In this document: one piece after another, positions 13,722 through 25,346 of the stretch | Layout of the letters: each line of letters opens with the position of its first letter | How positions within the stretch are numbered: the stretch's first letter is position 1 | From: Phoronis australis | Taxonomy: Eukaryota; Animalia; Phoronida | Direction of reading: 5' to 3' | NCBI GenBank assembly: GCA_002633005.1 | Contig: NMRA01000048.1 | Coordinates: 987,397-1,044,838, forward strand | Length of the DNA stretch: 57,442 nt | Notes under the pieces: generated by a model | The model's input: only the letters and a program-made list of their open reading frames with translations | Database searches by the model: none | What the model was told of the DNA's origin: nothing | Position numbers and translations under genes: made by a program

Positions 13722-13842
13722 AGTTTACAATCTAGATTAAACCTGCTTTGTCATAATTAATAAGGTGGACATTTTCACACATTATGCACATGTTGTAACC
13801 ATGGCGTCGTATTTCATTTCATCAATGACTTGACAAAGTGGC

Positions 13843-13918
13843 ACATTTGGCTACTTGTGGCTAGAACATTTGGCTACTTGTGGCTAGAACATTTGGCTAC
13901 TTGTGACTAGAACATTTG
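13843..13918. repeat. 23-bp tandem repeat x3
   Basis: ACATTTGGCTACTTGTGGCTAGA. Confidence 0.9.
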
Positions 13919-15568
13919 CAAAATTACCAGAAATACACTCGTGTCTTTCAAAGTCAACGACTGCATTGTCACCTAAGGTGGTAAGTATCAGTTCTTCACA
14001 TAAGCATGGATGGTGTTAAAAATGATGACATATAACGTCAAAACATAAGTTTCTCTCCCTCTTGACTCGTTAAAAAGTACTTTATACCTCAATTGTCCAC
14101 CACAGTAGCTTTGTAAAGTGAGCAAGTCCCAAAGGCCTGATTGCACCAACACATGGTTTCTCAGTGGCAAAAGTACAGTGGAATCAGTTAATTGCATTTC
14201 AGGAACATGCCACTAAGATTATGAGATTAATTTCATGTCACAAGAAGCAAATTTAAAGAAATATCTGATGTTCATTAACCACCGATTCAAGTCCCAGCTA
14301 TGGTCGTCATATTACGATGCTTTCATACCTGGGATGCTTTCATACCTGGGTATGCTATTAGTTTCCTTGACAATACTCAAGTCTTCAGGGCTCTACAATT
14401 TCCTGCACATTAGAAGACACATAACTACAGTTTGAACATATATCTCCACTCCCAATAAAAATGTCTAAATCGAGCAGTTAAGACAACACAGGATAACAAT
14501 ACCAATAATTACTGCTCACTTGAAGCCCATTCCTATCCTCCGGTTATCTTTTTTTTTCGGTAACAATGAAAGGAGTTCAATAGACCTTGGACAATGTTAT
14601 TAGTTTAAGAATAGACACTAAAAAGGGTAATAGTCACATAAAGGCAAGGGCCTGTATTTTGAGAACCAATTTTCTCCACTGAACAACAAGCATCAAACTG
14701 GTTCTAACAATCCAGGGACGTGTTTAAGTTCAGCTATTGCCCTACTAGAAGGTAATGACACTGACCCAAAGACATATCATGTAAACATATCCTGGAAGAG
14801 TTATCAGATAAAATGGTGGTGTGGTAGAGTGACTTATGGGTTAAATCACTCATTATTCACAGTTTCCTCTCTCATTGTACCTCACTCACCCACACTGTTG
14901 AGTGTCCATCTAGGGTGCTTGGCCCAAGATTGTATACTTCTGCCATGCAGCCACCTCAAAGTGAGGGGTGATGCTCCGGTAAAAGTAGAGTAAACATGCC
15001 ACTCTTGAAAATGGCTGCCGAGAACTAGTTTTCACTGAATAACAGCAATGCCTACCAGTGAAACAGGTTTCCAGTAGCCATTTTGAAGAGAGGCATGTCA
15101 ACTGCACTTTAATTTACCGATGTTCTTTCTTTAGGAATACTCAACTGATTTAATTTCTGACAGAAAAAATAAAATTTACCAAACAATATGTTATGGAAAA
15201 CATTATTATTTACAAGCTGTTACTAAAATCACACCATTTACAAATACATAGGCAAACTAAGATTATTTGCCTCTTGGTATTTAGTCATAAATATCACAAT
15301 TACGTGTGTCAACAGTCCTAAATAAGTCATGACATTGTAGTAAGAAAACATGGCTGTAAACAGATGTGTTCTAGAATGTGAAAAAGTAATTTTGATAATT
15401 TTTGATTGGAATACACTTTATCATAAGTAACAAAAGAACATCAAAAGGCCAAATTTATTGGCAGATGAGTTAGACTTTTTAGATTTTATGATTTTCAATA
15501 TAATTTCATTCAATAACACATTCAATTGTAAGCGGCTTCAGGGAGTAAATTTCAGTTGGCAAGTTACC

Positions 15569-17936
15569 AAAAGGATTATCAACCATGAGTTGCAACTGCA
15601 CATATAAAAAACAAAAGGATTATCAACCATGAGTTGCAACTGCACATATAAAAAACAAAAGGATTATCAACCATGAGTTGCAACTGCACATATAAAAAAC
15701 AAAAGGATTATCAACCATGAGTTGCAACTGCACATATAAAAAACAAAAGGATTATCAACCATGAGTTGCAACTGCACATATAAAAAACAAAAGGATTATC
15801 AACCATGAGTTGCAACTGCACATATAAAAAACAAAAGGATTATCAACCATGAGTTGCAACTGCACATATAAAAAACAAAAGGATTATCAACCATGAGTTG
15901 CAACTGCACATATAAAAAACAAAAGGATTATCAACCATGAGTTGCAACTGCACATATAAAAAACAAAAGGATTATCAACCATGAGTTGCAACTGCACATA
16001 TAAAAAACAAAAGGATTATCAACCATGAGTTGCAACTGCACATATAAAAAACAAAAGGATTATCAACCATGAGTTGCAACTGCACATATAAAAAACAAAA
16101 GGATTATCAACCATGAGTTGCAACTGCACATATAAAAAACAAAAGGATTATCAACCATGAGTTGCAACTGCACATATAAAAAACAAAAGGATTATCAACC
16201 ATGAGTTGCAACTGCACATATAAAAAACAAAAGGATTATCAACCATGAGTTGCAACTGCACATATAAAAAACAAAAGGATTATCAACCATGAGTTGCAAC
16301 TGCACATATAAAAAACAAAAGGATTATCAACCATGAGTTGCAACTGCACATATAAAAAACAAAAGGATTATCAACCATGAGTTGCAACTGCACATATAAA
16401 AAACAAAAGGATTATCAACCATGAGTTGCAACTGCACATATAAAAAACAAAAGGATTATCAACCATGAGTTGCAACTGCACATATAAAAAACAAAAGGAT
16501 TATCAACCATGAGTTGCAACTGCACATATAAAAAACAAAAGGATTATCAACCATGAGTTGCAACTGCACATATAAAAAACAAAAGGATTATCAACCATGA
16601 GTTGCAACTGCACATATAAAAAACAAAAGGATTATCAACCATGAGTTGCAACTGCACATATAAAAAACAAAAGGATTATCAACCATGAGTTGCAACTGCA
16701 CATATAAAAAACAAAAGGATTATCAACCATGAGTTGCAACTGCACATATAAAAAACAAAAGGATTATCAACCATGAGTTGCAACTGCACATATAAAAAAC
16801 AAAAGGATTATCAACCATGAGTTGCAACTGCACATATAAAAAACAAAAGGATTATCAACCATGAGTTGCAACTGCACATATAAAAAACAAAAGGATTATC
16901 AACCATGAGTTGCAACTGCACATATAAAAAACAAAAGGATTATCAACCATGAGTTGCAACTGCACATATAAAAAACAAAAGGATTATCAACCATGAGTTG
17001 CAACTGCACATATAAAAAACAAAAGGATTATCAACCATGAGTTGCAACTGCACATATAAAAAACAAAAGGATTATCAACCATGAGTTGCAACTGCACATA
17101 TAAAAAACAAAAGGATTATCAACCATGAGTTGCAACTGCACATATAAAAAACAAAAGGATTATCAACCATGAGTTGCAACTGCACATATAAAAAACAAAA
17201 GGATTATCAACCATGAGTTGCAACTGCACATATAAAAAACAAAAGGATTATCAACCATGAGTTGCAACTGCACATATAAAAAACAAAAGGATTATCAACC
17301 ATGAGTTGCAACTGCACATATAAAAAACAAAAGGATTATCAACCATGAGTTGCAACTGCACATATAAAAAACAAAAGGATTATCAACCATGAGTTGCAAC
17401 TGCACATATAAAAAACAAAAGGATTATCAACCATGAGTTGCAACTGCACATATAAAAAACAAAAGGATTATCAACCATGAGTTGCAACTGCACATATAAA
17501 AAACAAAAGGATTATCAACCATGAGTTGCAACTGCACATATAAAAAACAAAAGGATTATCAACCATGAGTTGCAACTGCACATATAAAAAACAAAAGGAT
17601 TATCAACCATGAGTTGCAACTGCACATATAAAAAACAAAAGGATTATCAACCATGAGTTGCAACTGCACATATAAAAAACAAAAGGATTATCAACCATGA
17701 GTTGCAACTGCACATATAAAAAACAAAAGGATTATCAACCATGAGTTGCAACTGCACATATAAAAAACAAAAGGATTATCAACCATGAGTTGCAACTGCA
17801 CATATAAAAAACAAAAGGATTATCAACCATGAGTTGCAACTGCACATATAAAAAACAAAAGGATTATCAACCATGAGTTGCAACTGCACATATAAAAAAC
17901 AAAAGGATTATCAACCATGAGTTGCAACTGCACATA
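15569..17936. repeat. Homogeneous 44-bp tandem array, about 54 copies
   Basis: AAAAGGATTATCAACCATGAGTTGCAACTGCACATATAAAAAAC head-to-tail with no spacers; ends at the N at 17937. Confidence 0.98.
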
Positions 17937-17937
17937 N

Positions 17938-18048
17938 TTTAGTCTGCTGGTAGATTTTCCGGAAAGAAGGTTCACATGCCCGGCTTTGCCCACTTCCCCG
18001 AGACAACATATGTTGCCCCCCCCTTATGGTATCCTAGATCCGCCACTG
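17938..18048. mobile_element. Right end of a MITE-like element
   Basis: C-run followed by CCTAGATCCGCCACTG, resembling CAGTGGCGGATC-type TIRs; the left end is not seen (contig join). Confidence 0.35.
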
Positions 18049-18109
18049 GTAAATGCATGTAGGCCTACGTGTATCGTTTGTAACGATATTTTTATCTCTT
18101 TTCGTAATG

Positions 18110-18880
18110 TAAAGTAAGTAAGTAATTTTTTATTATAGTGACATGTGTTCAAATGAATTTAAACAATGAATACGTTACAAAGATTAGAAACACTCAGCCC
18201 TCCACGGGGCTTATAATTCACTTTAGATACATGATACAAAAAAGAAAAGACAAGTGTACACGCATTGCAAGAAGACCAGAAAGAGAAGGCCGAGATAAAA
18301 GTGATCATAAATAAATATAACTTTTCCTTACTTCAAAAATAATTTTGATGAAAACTGAAGTTTGTTTTTCTAACAACATCTTTTTGCATGATTTTAATTA
18401 ATTTACTTTCACAGCTTTCTGCACGAAATCGTGGATGTTTAATCTCAACTTGACAGTAAAAGGTGTTTCTGACATCTAAGAAAAACGGGCACTCAAACAG
18501 AAAATGTAGTTCAGTTTCGACCTGACCAGTGTGACAAAGACAGCAAATTCTATTATCAAAATCTAGAGAACGAAAACGCCCAACCTCAACCAATAGCAGT
18601 AGGGTTTCGGTTCTAATTTGAGCAAGAATTGACCTACTAGGCCGAGTTAAACCTAAATGCACGTAAGGCTCAACTTCAAAGACATTCTTCATCAAAACAT
18701 ATTGGTTCTTAACTTTGGTTTCGAACGGCTTTCAATCAACCACCTAATTACAGGCTAAATCATGCAAAATATTCTTACAATGAGACAGATTAACTGAACG
18801 TAAGTTATGAAAACAATCCGAAATCCCTAATTCTTCCAAAATGCTCAAGACTTCAGAAGACCAATTATTAGTACAAGTAG
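18110..18880 (-). mobile_element. 5'-truncated non-LTR retrotransposon (CR1/L2-group) 3' end, degenerate
   Basis: ORF 18333-18695 carries the ORF2 C-terminal motif VEVGRF...RICCLC...VETELHFLFECP. An upstream frameshifted NWSSEVLSILEELG segment is present. It ends in AATAAA plus a (TTAC)n tail on the minus strand. Confidence 0.8.
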
Positions 18881-20386
18881 TTCAAACAGAGGGAAATTAG
18901 GGGATATCACTTAATTTTCCTTGGCAAATTTTTTACACCGGCGTTTCTGATTGGCTAGTCGAATTCTCAACAGGCAGCGCTTTACGCAAACAAACTGGCA
19001 TAACTGATGGACTGAAGTGTAAATGTAGTCTGTTGCACAGACAAATCGGTGTTTAAAATTTATGTTCAGGAAATGTGAAGCCTAGAAATTGTGATTGCGC
19101 CTTTTCAGAGTGCATCTTTCTACTATCTATGACTTTTGTTTACTATACTGTCCTGTATTCATACAGTATGAATAACACACCGGCTAAATCGGCCAGTGTG
19201 ATATGTGTTTATTGTACCATGTGGAGAATTTCTCGCTTACACTGATCACTGCTCAGATTCCCTTCGCCCCAGACAACTTTTATGATGCCTATTCAGCACG
19301 CCCTTTGTATTGATGTAGATCTGACCTAATGAAGTGGAAAGATAATAGCTAGCATTACTGTCTCAACAATGGTTGTTGTTAGTACACCCAATTTGGTTTT
19401 CTCTGACATTTTCAGAGTTACAGCCTGCAACTCTGGAGAGTAGTTTTAGCTCGGTACATTATAAATATTACAAAATGACTAAAAAGGTTAACTTGTGTTT
19501 ATCTTCACAAAGGACCACTTCCAAAGGAACGATATGTTTCATATTGGTTTTCGTTATTTAATTTTAATGCTTCTGCCCACTTGTTTTTTTTTTCTTACCG
19601 GGAACAGGCTGATACCTTTTATCTAAGTTTTAAACTTGAAGTACCAAAACAGTGTCAGATTTTGATCGCCCGCGAAACTTAAGTTCATTGTGAGCCCATT
19701 CCTAAACTTTCCATAGTACAGGTACACTAAATATTTCACGTGTCATTAAAGTTTAATCTTTATTAAAACTCAAATCATAAAATATATACAAAAGTGCAAA
19801 GATGGTGATAACCAGAAATGAAGATTTGGGATCTCTGTGGACAATTTCGGTGGCAATGACCACATAACTATTCTAGCTCTGTCAGTAATAAAAAATGAAA
19901 AGTGGGCACAAGCTAAGTACCATTGTTTCCTGGTCAAAAATCTGGTTAAACGAGATTGAAAGAATATTAAAAATGAATCCATGTGATATTGCTAACTCTG
20001 ATCAGCGTTTGTATATCCATCGAGTATATCAATTCGCGCTGTACTTTATCTTCAATCGTACCCAATGGTTGTAGTTTTTAGATTATTAGTTCATCGATTT
20101 TTAAAAATCGAAAACCGTACTTGGTTGTTTTTTTTTTCAACTGAATACCGCCGTGGTGTTCGTTTTTAACGAAAATTAGTGGTTAATGCATTTTAAAAAT
20201 TTGCCATTATGTACAGTCAGAGATGTTTAATACTGTTTATCGTCGGATAATTACATTTAATTGGTTCTTGCTCGCATCGGGCAATGCGGTCATCACAATT
20301 GTACCCGATTCCGGCGCCGCGCTCTCTTTGATCCTAGTAAAAGCCGCTCAGAAGGACGAGCGGTGAAAATTCCCGCATATCTTTAA

Positions 20387-21342
20387 AGGCGAAGGCAACC
20401 TTTTTTCATGTCACTTTTAGCAAAAATAAGGTTCGTTGATTATCCCAGACACATTTTTCACTTAATTACATCTTTTCTTAATTTGATTAATTTCTCGTCG
20501 TCTACTCCGGAAGTGACGTTTTGCGAGGCAAGAGATTCTCGCCAATTTCTTTTCATTATAGTCTGACTGTGAGAGCTGTCGAGTCAGTCATTGTTCTACC
20601 TCGGTTGTGATAAGTTCGGTCGTCGTTTGTTTTTGTTTACAAGTCAGTCAACATGCCACGCTGTTGCTGCGTGCCGGGATGTTCTCATTATCGTCTCACA
20701 CGCGCTTTGGGTACTAGCAGTGATTCGCCCTGTGTTGTTGTCTCTAGCTCCGGCAGAGCCTGTAAGCAGCCCTACAGCGACGGTGAGTAGTGGGAGTGAA
20801 TACAGACCCAGTTCGACACCCAGTGAAGAGGGCAGTTCGTCATCCAATGAACAGATCGGTGAGCCTAAGTTTGATAAGTTTATTGTGGACTTTTGTATTG
20901 GAGCTGTTTGGAAGGTGCCACGTGTGTGACGAGGGAGTCGCATGGCGGGATGTAAGAAGTTTGGGTGCTCAGATCACCCTCCACTGGGAGTGTGTCGCGG
21001 GACACTCGGGCAAGTGAGACAGTTCTTCCTCTGTACGTGAGACGATAATGAGTACACGCCAGTACACAGCAACAGCGTGGCATGTTGACTGACTCGTAAG
21101 CAAAAGCAATCGAAGTTATCACAACCGAGGTAAAACAATGACTGACTCGGATGCTCTCACAGTCAGACTATATGAAAAGAAATTGGCGCGCAATTCTTGT
21201 CTCCCAAAACGTCACTTCCGGAGTAGACGACGAGTAATTAATTAAATTACGAAAAGCAGTAAATAAGTGAAAAAATGTGTCTGGGATAATCAACGAACCT
21301 TATTTTTGCTAAAAATGACATGAAAAAAGGTTGCCTTCGCCT
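20387..21342 (+). mobile_element. Non-autonomous Kolobok DNA transposon with long TIRs
   Basis: TTAA TSD (20383-20386, 21343-21346); termini AGGC...GCCT; imperfect TIRs of about 315 bp. An internal remnant KFIV..LELFGRCHVC...GAQITLHWECVAGHSGK*DSS resembles the Cys/His region of Kolobok-type proteins. Confidence 0.8.
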
Positions 21343-22740
21343 TTAAATGCGTGACTTTCTTGTAAGCGTATTATTCACGGTATGCATGTATGTGCTTCAA
21401 GCACGCGGCTATGAAACATCACTGCAGAAACGAAATAGTTTCTGCGACGCCACTTCAATGACAAGGCTAACAAGAGCAACGCGGAGCGTTGAAATGCGCC
21501 CACGAATGCATTGCAAATGGTGTGCTTTTAGGGTTGTTTATTTGTATCATAAAAATGGAAACTAGATGGCGCAAAAACATACAATCCATCCAAAAACAGG
21601 AACATGCCATATTTCATAAAAATCTGTCAAGGAACTTCAGAGAAACAAAGGAAAACAGAATAAAATGAAATTGCCACTAGTGGGCACAGTGTCCGTTGGA
21701 TCTACCTGAAAGTGGTCGTCGTCTGTTGTTATCTTCATATAAATACACTTACTAAATTTAGTAAAGATCCAGCAGTGGGTTTAAGAGATACAACTATGGG
21801 CGCAAAACAATGATTTGGTTGATACAGGAGTGGACGCCACAGTAATCAGTCACCATCATCAAAGGTCGTCTTCACACTGAGAACATACAAACCAATTTTC
21901 AAATGATTTGGTTGATACAGGGATGGACCCCAAAAGAAGATTCGAAAACAGCATAAGCTGCCACTAGGTGGTGCAAAATGCCTCGATTCCATCCAAAAAC
22001 AGGCAGATAGCATCATCACACCAATAGATGCCTATATTTAAAATTTTATGAAAATCTGTTGAGGACCTTTGAAGATACTGAGTTAAACCTAAAAAACTAA
22101 AACTGACACTAGGGGGCACAGCAGTAGTCAGATCTGTCTGAAAGTCGTCGTCATCCGTAGTCAACACAAAGACACTAACAAGCCTCTCTACGGTCTCTGG
22201 TCAACATCACATAAATACACTTGCTAAATTCAGTAAAGATCCTGCGAACGGTTTTGGAGATAAAGCCATAGGCGCAACAAAAAACAAAACTGCAACTAGG
22301 AGGCGCCACAGAAGTCGAAACCGTCGGGAAATCATCGATCAACCGTCCTCTTTATAGTAAGCACATACATGCCAATTTTCACCCTTTGAGCGGTCAGAGA
22401 GTATGTTTCAATGGTTTTTATGCAGATTCACGATGTTTTTAAAACGTCTACAAACGGATCATATGACTGTAATAGAGGGATGGATGCAAAAAACAGACTG
22501 GAAAACAGTAAAAATGGCCACTAGGAGGCGCAAACTACGACGAATCCATCCGAAAAAGGGAGGATAACGTCATCTCACTAATAGGTGCCTACAAACCAAA
22601 TTTCATGAAAATCCATTCAGGACTTTTGACTCAAGATACAAAGGTAAGCGTAAAAAAATAAAATTGCCACTAAGGGGCACACCGGTAGTCGGATCCTTCC
22701 GAAAGTTCGCTCATGCCGTCCAATTCATGAATGGAACATA

Positions 22741-24576
22741 GGGGAAAGTTACCGGTTGCGTACCAGTTATCATTATCGTACCACGTATTTTCCCGCCAAA
22801 CTACGTATGCTTGCCACCCCAAAGTGTGATTACTTTTAGCGACCTTAAACGGCGACAACAGAAAACCAAGCAAAACGTTGAGCAGACAACCCGGTGAAAA
22901 ACGGTGAGCATTTTCCACTTTTTTGACATGTTGATGTAACCAAGAGGTACGATACACAAAACGTGATACGAGTAGGTAATGCGTTGTTTTTCTTGCTTTT
23001 TAGTACTATTTTTTTACTTTCAGGAAAATGCCATCGCCGTCGTCATGGACATCGGAGGATATGCAGAACTGTCTCAAAGCTATGGATGAAGGATTGGGAT
23101 TTAACACTGCTTCTAAGCTATTTGGTATCCCAAAGCTAACTATTTGCCGTCACCGTATGGGTCTGAATAAGTACGCAAAACAAGTTACGCAGAGGCCCAA
23201 CAGTTTTACCTACAGAAATAGAAGCTGATTTGGTAGAACACATGAAAGGTCTTGATCTTCTTTTTTTGGTATCACACCAAAAGATCTTATGAAACTTTGA
23301 TATCAATTGGCAAAATCCCGTGGCATCCATAAATTTAGCGAAACAAAACAGTCTGCCAATAAAACCTGCTACTACAGCTTTATGAGGCGACATCCAGAAC
23401 TCAGTCTGCGAACCCCAGAAGCTACATCTACTGGTCGCATGAAAGGTTTCAACCGCNNNNNNNNNNNNNNNNNNNNNNNNNNNNNNNNNNNNNNNNNNNN
23501 NNNNNNNNNNNNNNNNNNNNNNNNNNNNNNNNNNNNNNNNNNNNNNNNNNNNNNNNNNNNNNNNNNNNNNNNNNNNNNNNNNNNNNNNNNNNNNNNNNNN
23601 NNNNNNNNNNNNNNNNNNNNNNNNNNNNNNNNNNNNNNNNNNNNNNNNNNNNNNNNNNNNNNNNNNNNNNNNNNNNNNNNNNNNNNNNNNNNNNNNNNNN
23701 NNNNNNNNNNNNNNNNNNNNNNNNNNNNNNNNNNNNNNNNNNNNNNNNNNNNNNNNNNNNNNCCCCCCCCCGATGCTCATCTTCATGAGGAAAATACTGT
23801 GTGATTCCTTGGTACAATTTTTGCCTGCACTAATTCAGGATAGATGGACTCTATAGTTTTCATTGAATGGCTTCGTCATTTTATCCGATCAGTGAATGCG
23901 TCAGTTGAAAATAAAGTCCTTCTACTCCACGGACATGCATCCCACACAAAAAAACCTCGACACCATTAAGCTAGTGCCGGAAAATCGTGTTTTCATTTTC
24001 TCCTTCCCCAGTCACACAACGCACAGGCTCCAACCCTTAGATGTTAGCTTTTTTAAGTCATAGTTGTGATTCCGATGGAGACTCTGATTAACCTACATAA
24101 ACCCGGCAATTTAAGTTTGTTACATAAGTATAGTTGACTGATCCATTTTGTTATCTTTAAGTGTTGGTTTGTTCGCACATATTTATAAAGACGTCTGTTA
24201 GCATTAGAGTCAAAGGGAAATGCTATTTCTTGTAATATGTTTCTATGTGGCCAATAAAAGGTTTGACTGTTTGCACTGTCTCCTTGTTCATCTTTGCTTG
24301 GTGAAATACACGTATTTATTAGTATAGTACCACTGGTACGATTCTGATGTCTAACAGGTACGAATTACAAAACCGGTCATGTGAATCGTACTTTTATTGA
24401 CTTTTCTACAACCGTGTTTTGCAGCTAAAACATAATCATTTTTCTTCTAAATCACATGTGCGGTTATACGTGTGAAGCCACTTAAGGCTATGAGATAGCT
24501 CCCGATTCCTTGGCTAGTTCAGCGTGGCGTACAAAGGGGTGCATCCTTAAGTGGTACGAAACCAGTAACTTTCCCC
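22741..24576 (+). mobile_element. pogo-family (Tc1/mariner superfamily) transposon
   Basis: 25-bp TIRs GGGGAAAGTTAC(C/T)GGTT(G/T)CGTACCA with 2 mismatches; TA TSD at 22739-22740 and 24577-24578. Confidence 0.92.
23028..24063 (+). pseudogene. Disrupted pogo transposase (psq-HTH, CENP-B-type HTH, DDE)
   Basis: WTSEDMQNCLKAM...ASKLFGIP; FMRRHPELSLRTPEATS; SG*MDSIVFIEWLRHF; HGHASH; PSHTTHRLQPLDVSFFK. Contains frameshifts, stops and an assembly gap (23457-23762). Confidence 0.9.
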
Positions 24577-25166
24577 TATATGCCAAATTTCATGAATGTT
24601 TGTCAAAGGGTTTTGGAGATAGAGCAGCAGACGTTGGACGGACGCCGCCAGGACGGACGGAGATGACGGCATAATGCGTCCACATATAAATATGTGGGCG
24701 CATAAAAATCATTCACAGTCCGCCAATTTTTTCACGGTGTTGTAAAGCTAACCAATGACTGCTGAGGTTACATCAACCAATAAAGCACGGCCACTGCATG
24801 ATACCTGTATGCTGGATAGACTTAACTGTTGTTGAGTTGGGTGGTTATCACCTTTTATAGCGGAATATACGCAACTTTTGTTTTTGATAAATAAGAACAA
24901 TATACAACGACGGCAATTGGCGCACACGAAATAAGATACCTTTTGTTCTTATTCAGCAGTGTAATCCCTCTTTTGTTTCGGCTCTCGATCCGTTGCGAGG
25001 AAGCGCGAAAATGTGCCACGAAAGCATCCAGTTGTTGCCAACTTCTCAATGTTTTTGTTTGATGACAGTAAAAAGTCATTACAAGTGTTTAAGCTTTAAT
25101 GAAAATGTGATGGTTTTAATATACAAGTAATATGTACTCAGAAACTTAATACATAATTTAACCACA

Positions 25167-25346
25167 AGCAGGGCATACAAACGCAATCAGTATGCCCTAA
25201 AGCTTAGGGCTAGCAGGGCATACAAACACAATCAGTATGCCCTAAAGCTCAGGGCTAGCAGGGCATACAAACACAATCAGTATGCCCTAAAGCTTAGGAC
25301 TAGCAGGGCATACAAAGGCAATCAGTATGCCCTAAAGCTTAGGGCT
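25167..25346. repeat. 45-bp tandem repeat x4 with internal inverted repeats
   Basis: AGCAGGGCATACAAACACAATCAGTATGCCCTAAAGCTTAGGGCT. Confidence 0.95.

Larger units (their letters stand above)
21469..24708 (-). mobile_element. HINE/DINE-1-like Helentron derivative with internal tandem core, interrupted by a pogo element
   Basis: Stem-loop CAACGC-GGA-GCGTTG and subTIR ATGCGCCCAC at the left end. (GGAC)n and hairpin ATGCGTCCACATA-TAAA-TATGTGGGCGCAT plus an A-run at the right end. Internal degenerate repeats marked by GCCACTAG. Confidence 0.85.

Noticed and set aside
15569-17936. CRISPR-like array (regular repeat with palindromic core)
   Set aside because: There are no unique spacers, no cas genes, and the context is eukaryotic with introns; it is a plain tandem repeat.
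19185-19315. PHD-finger-like fragment IGQCDMCLLYH
   Set aside because: Too short, lacks the remaining ligands and ends in a stop; at most a TE remnant.
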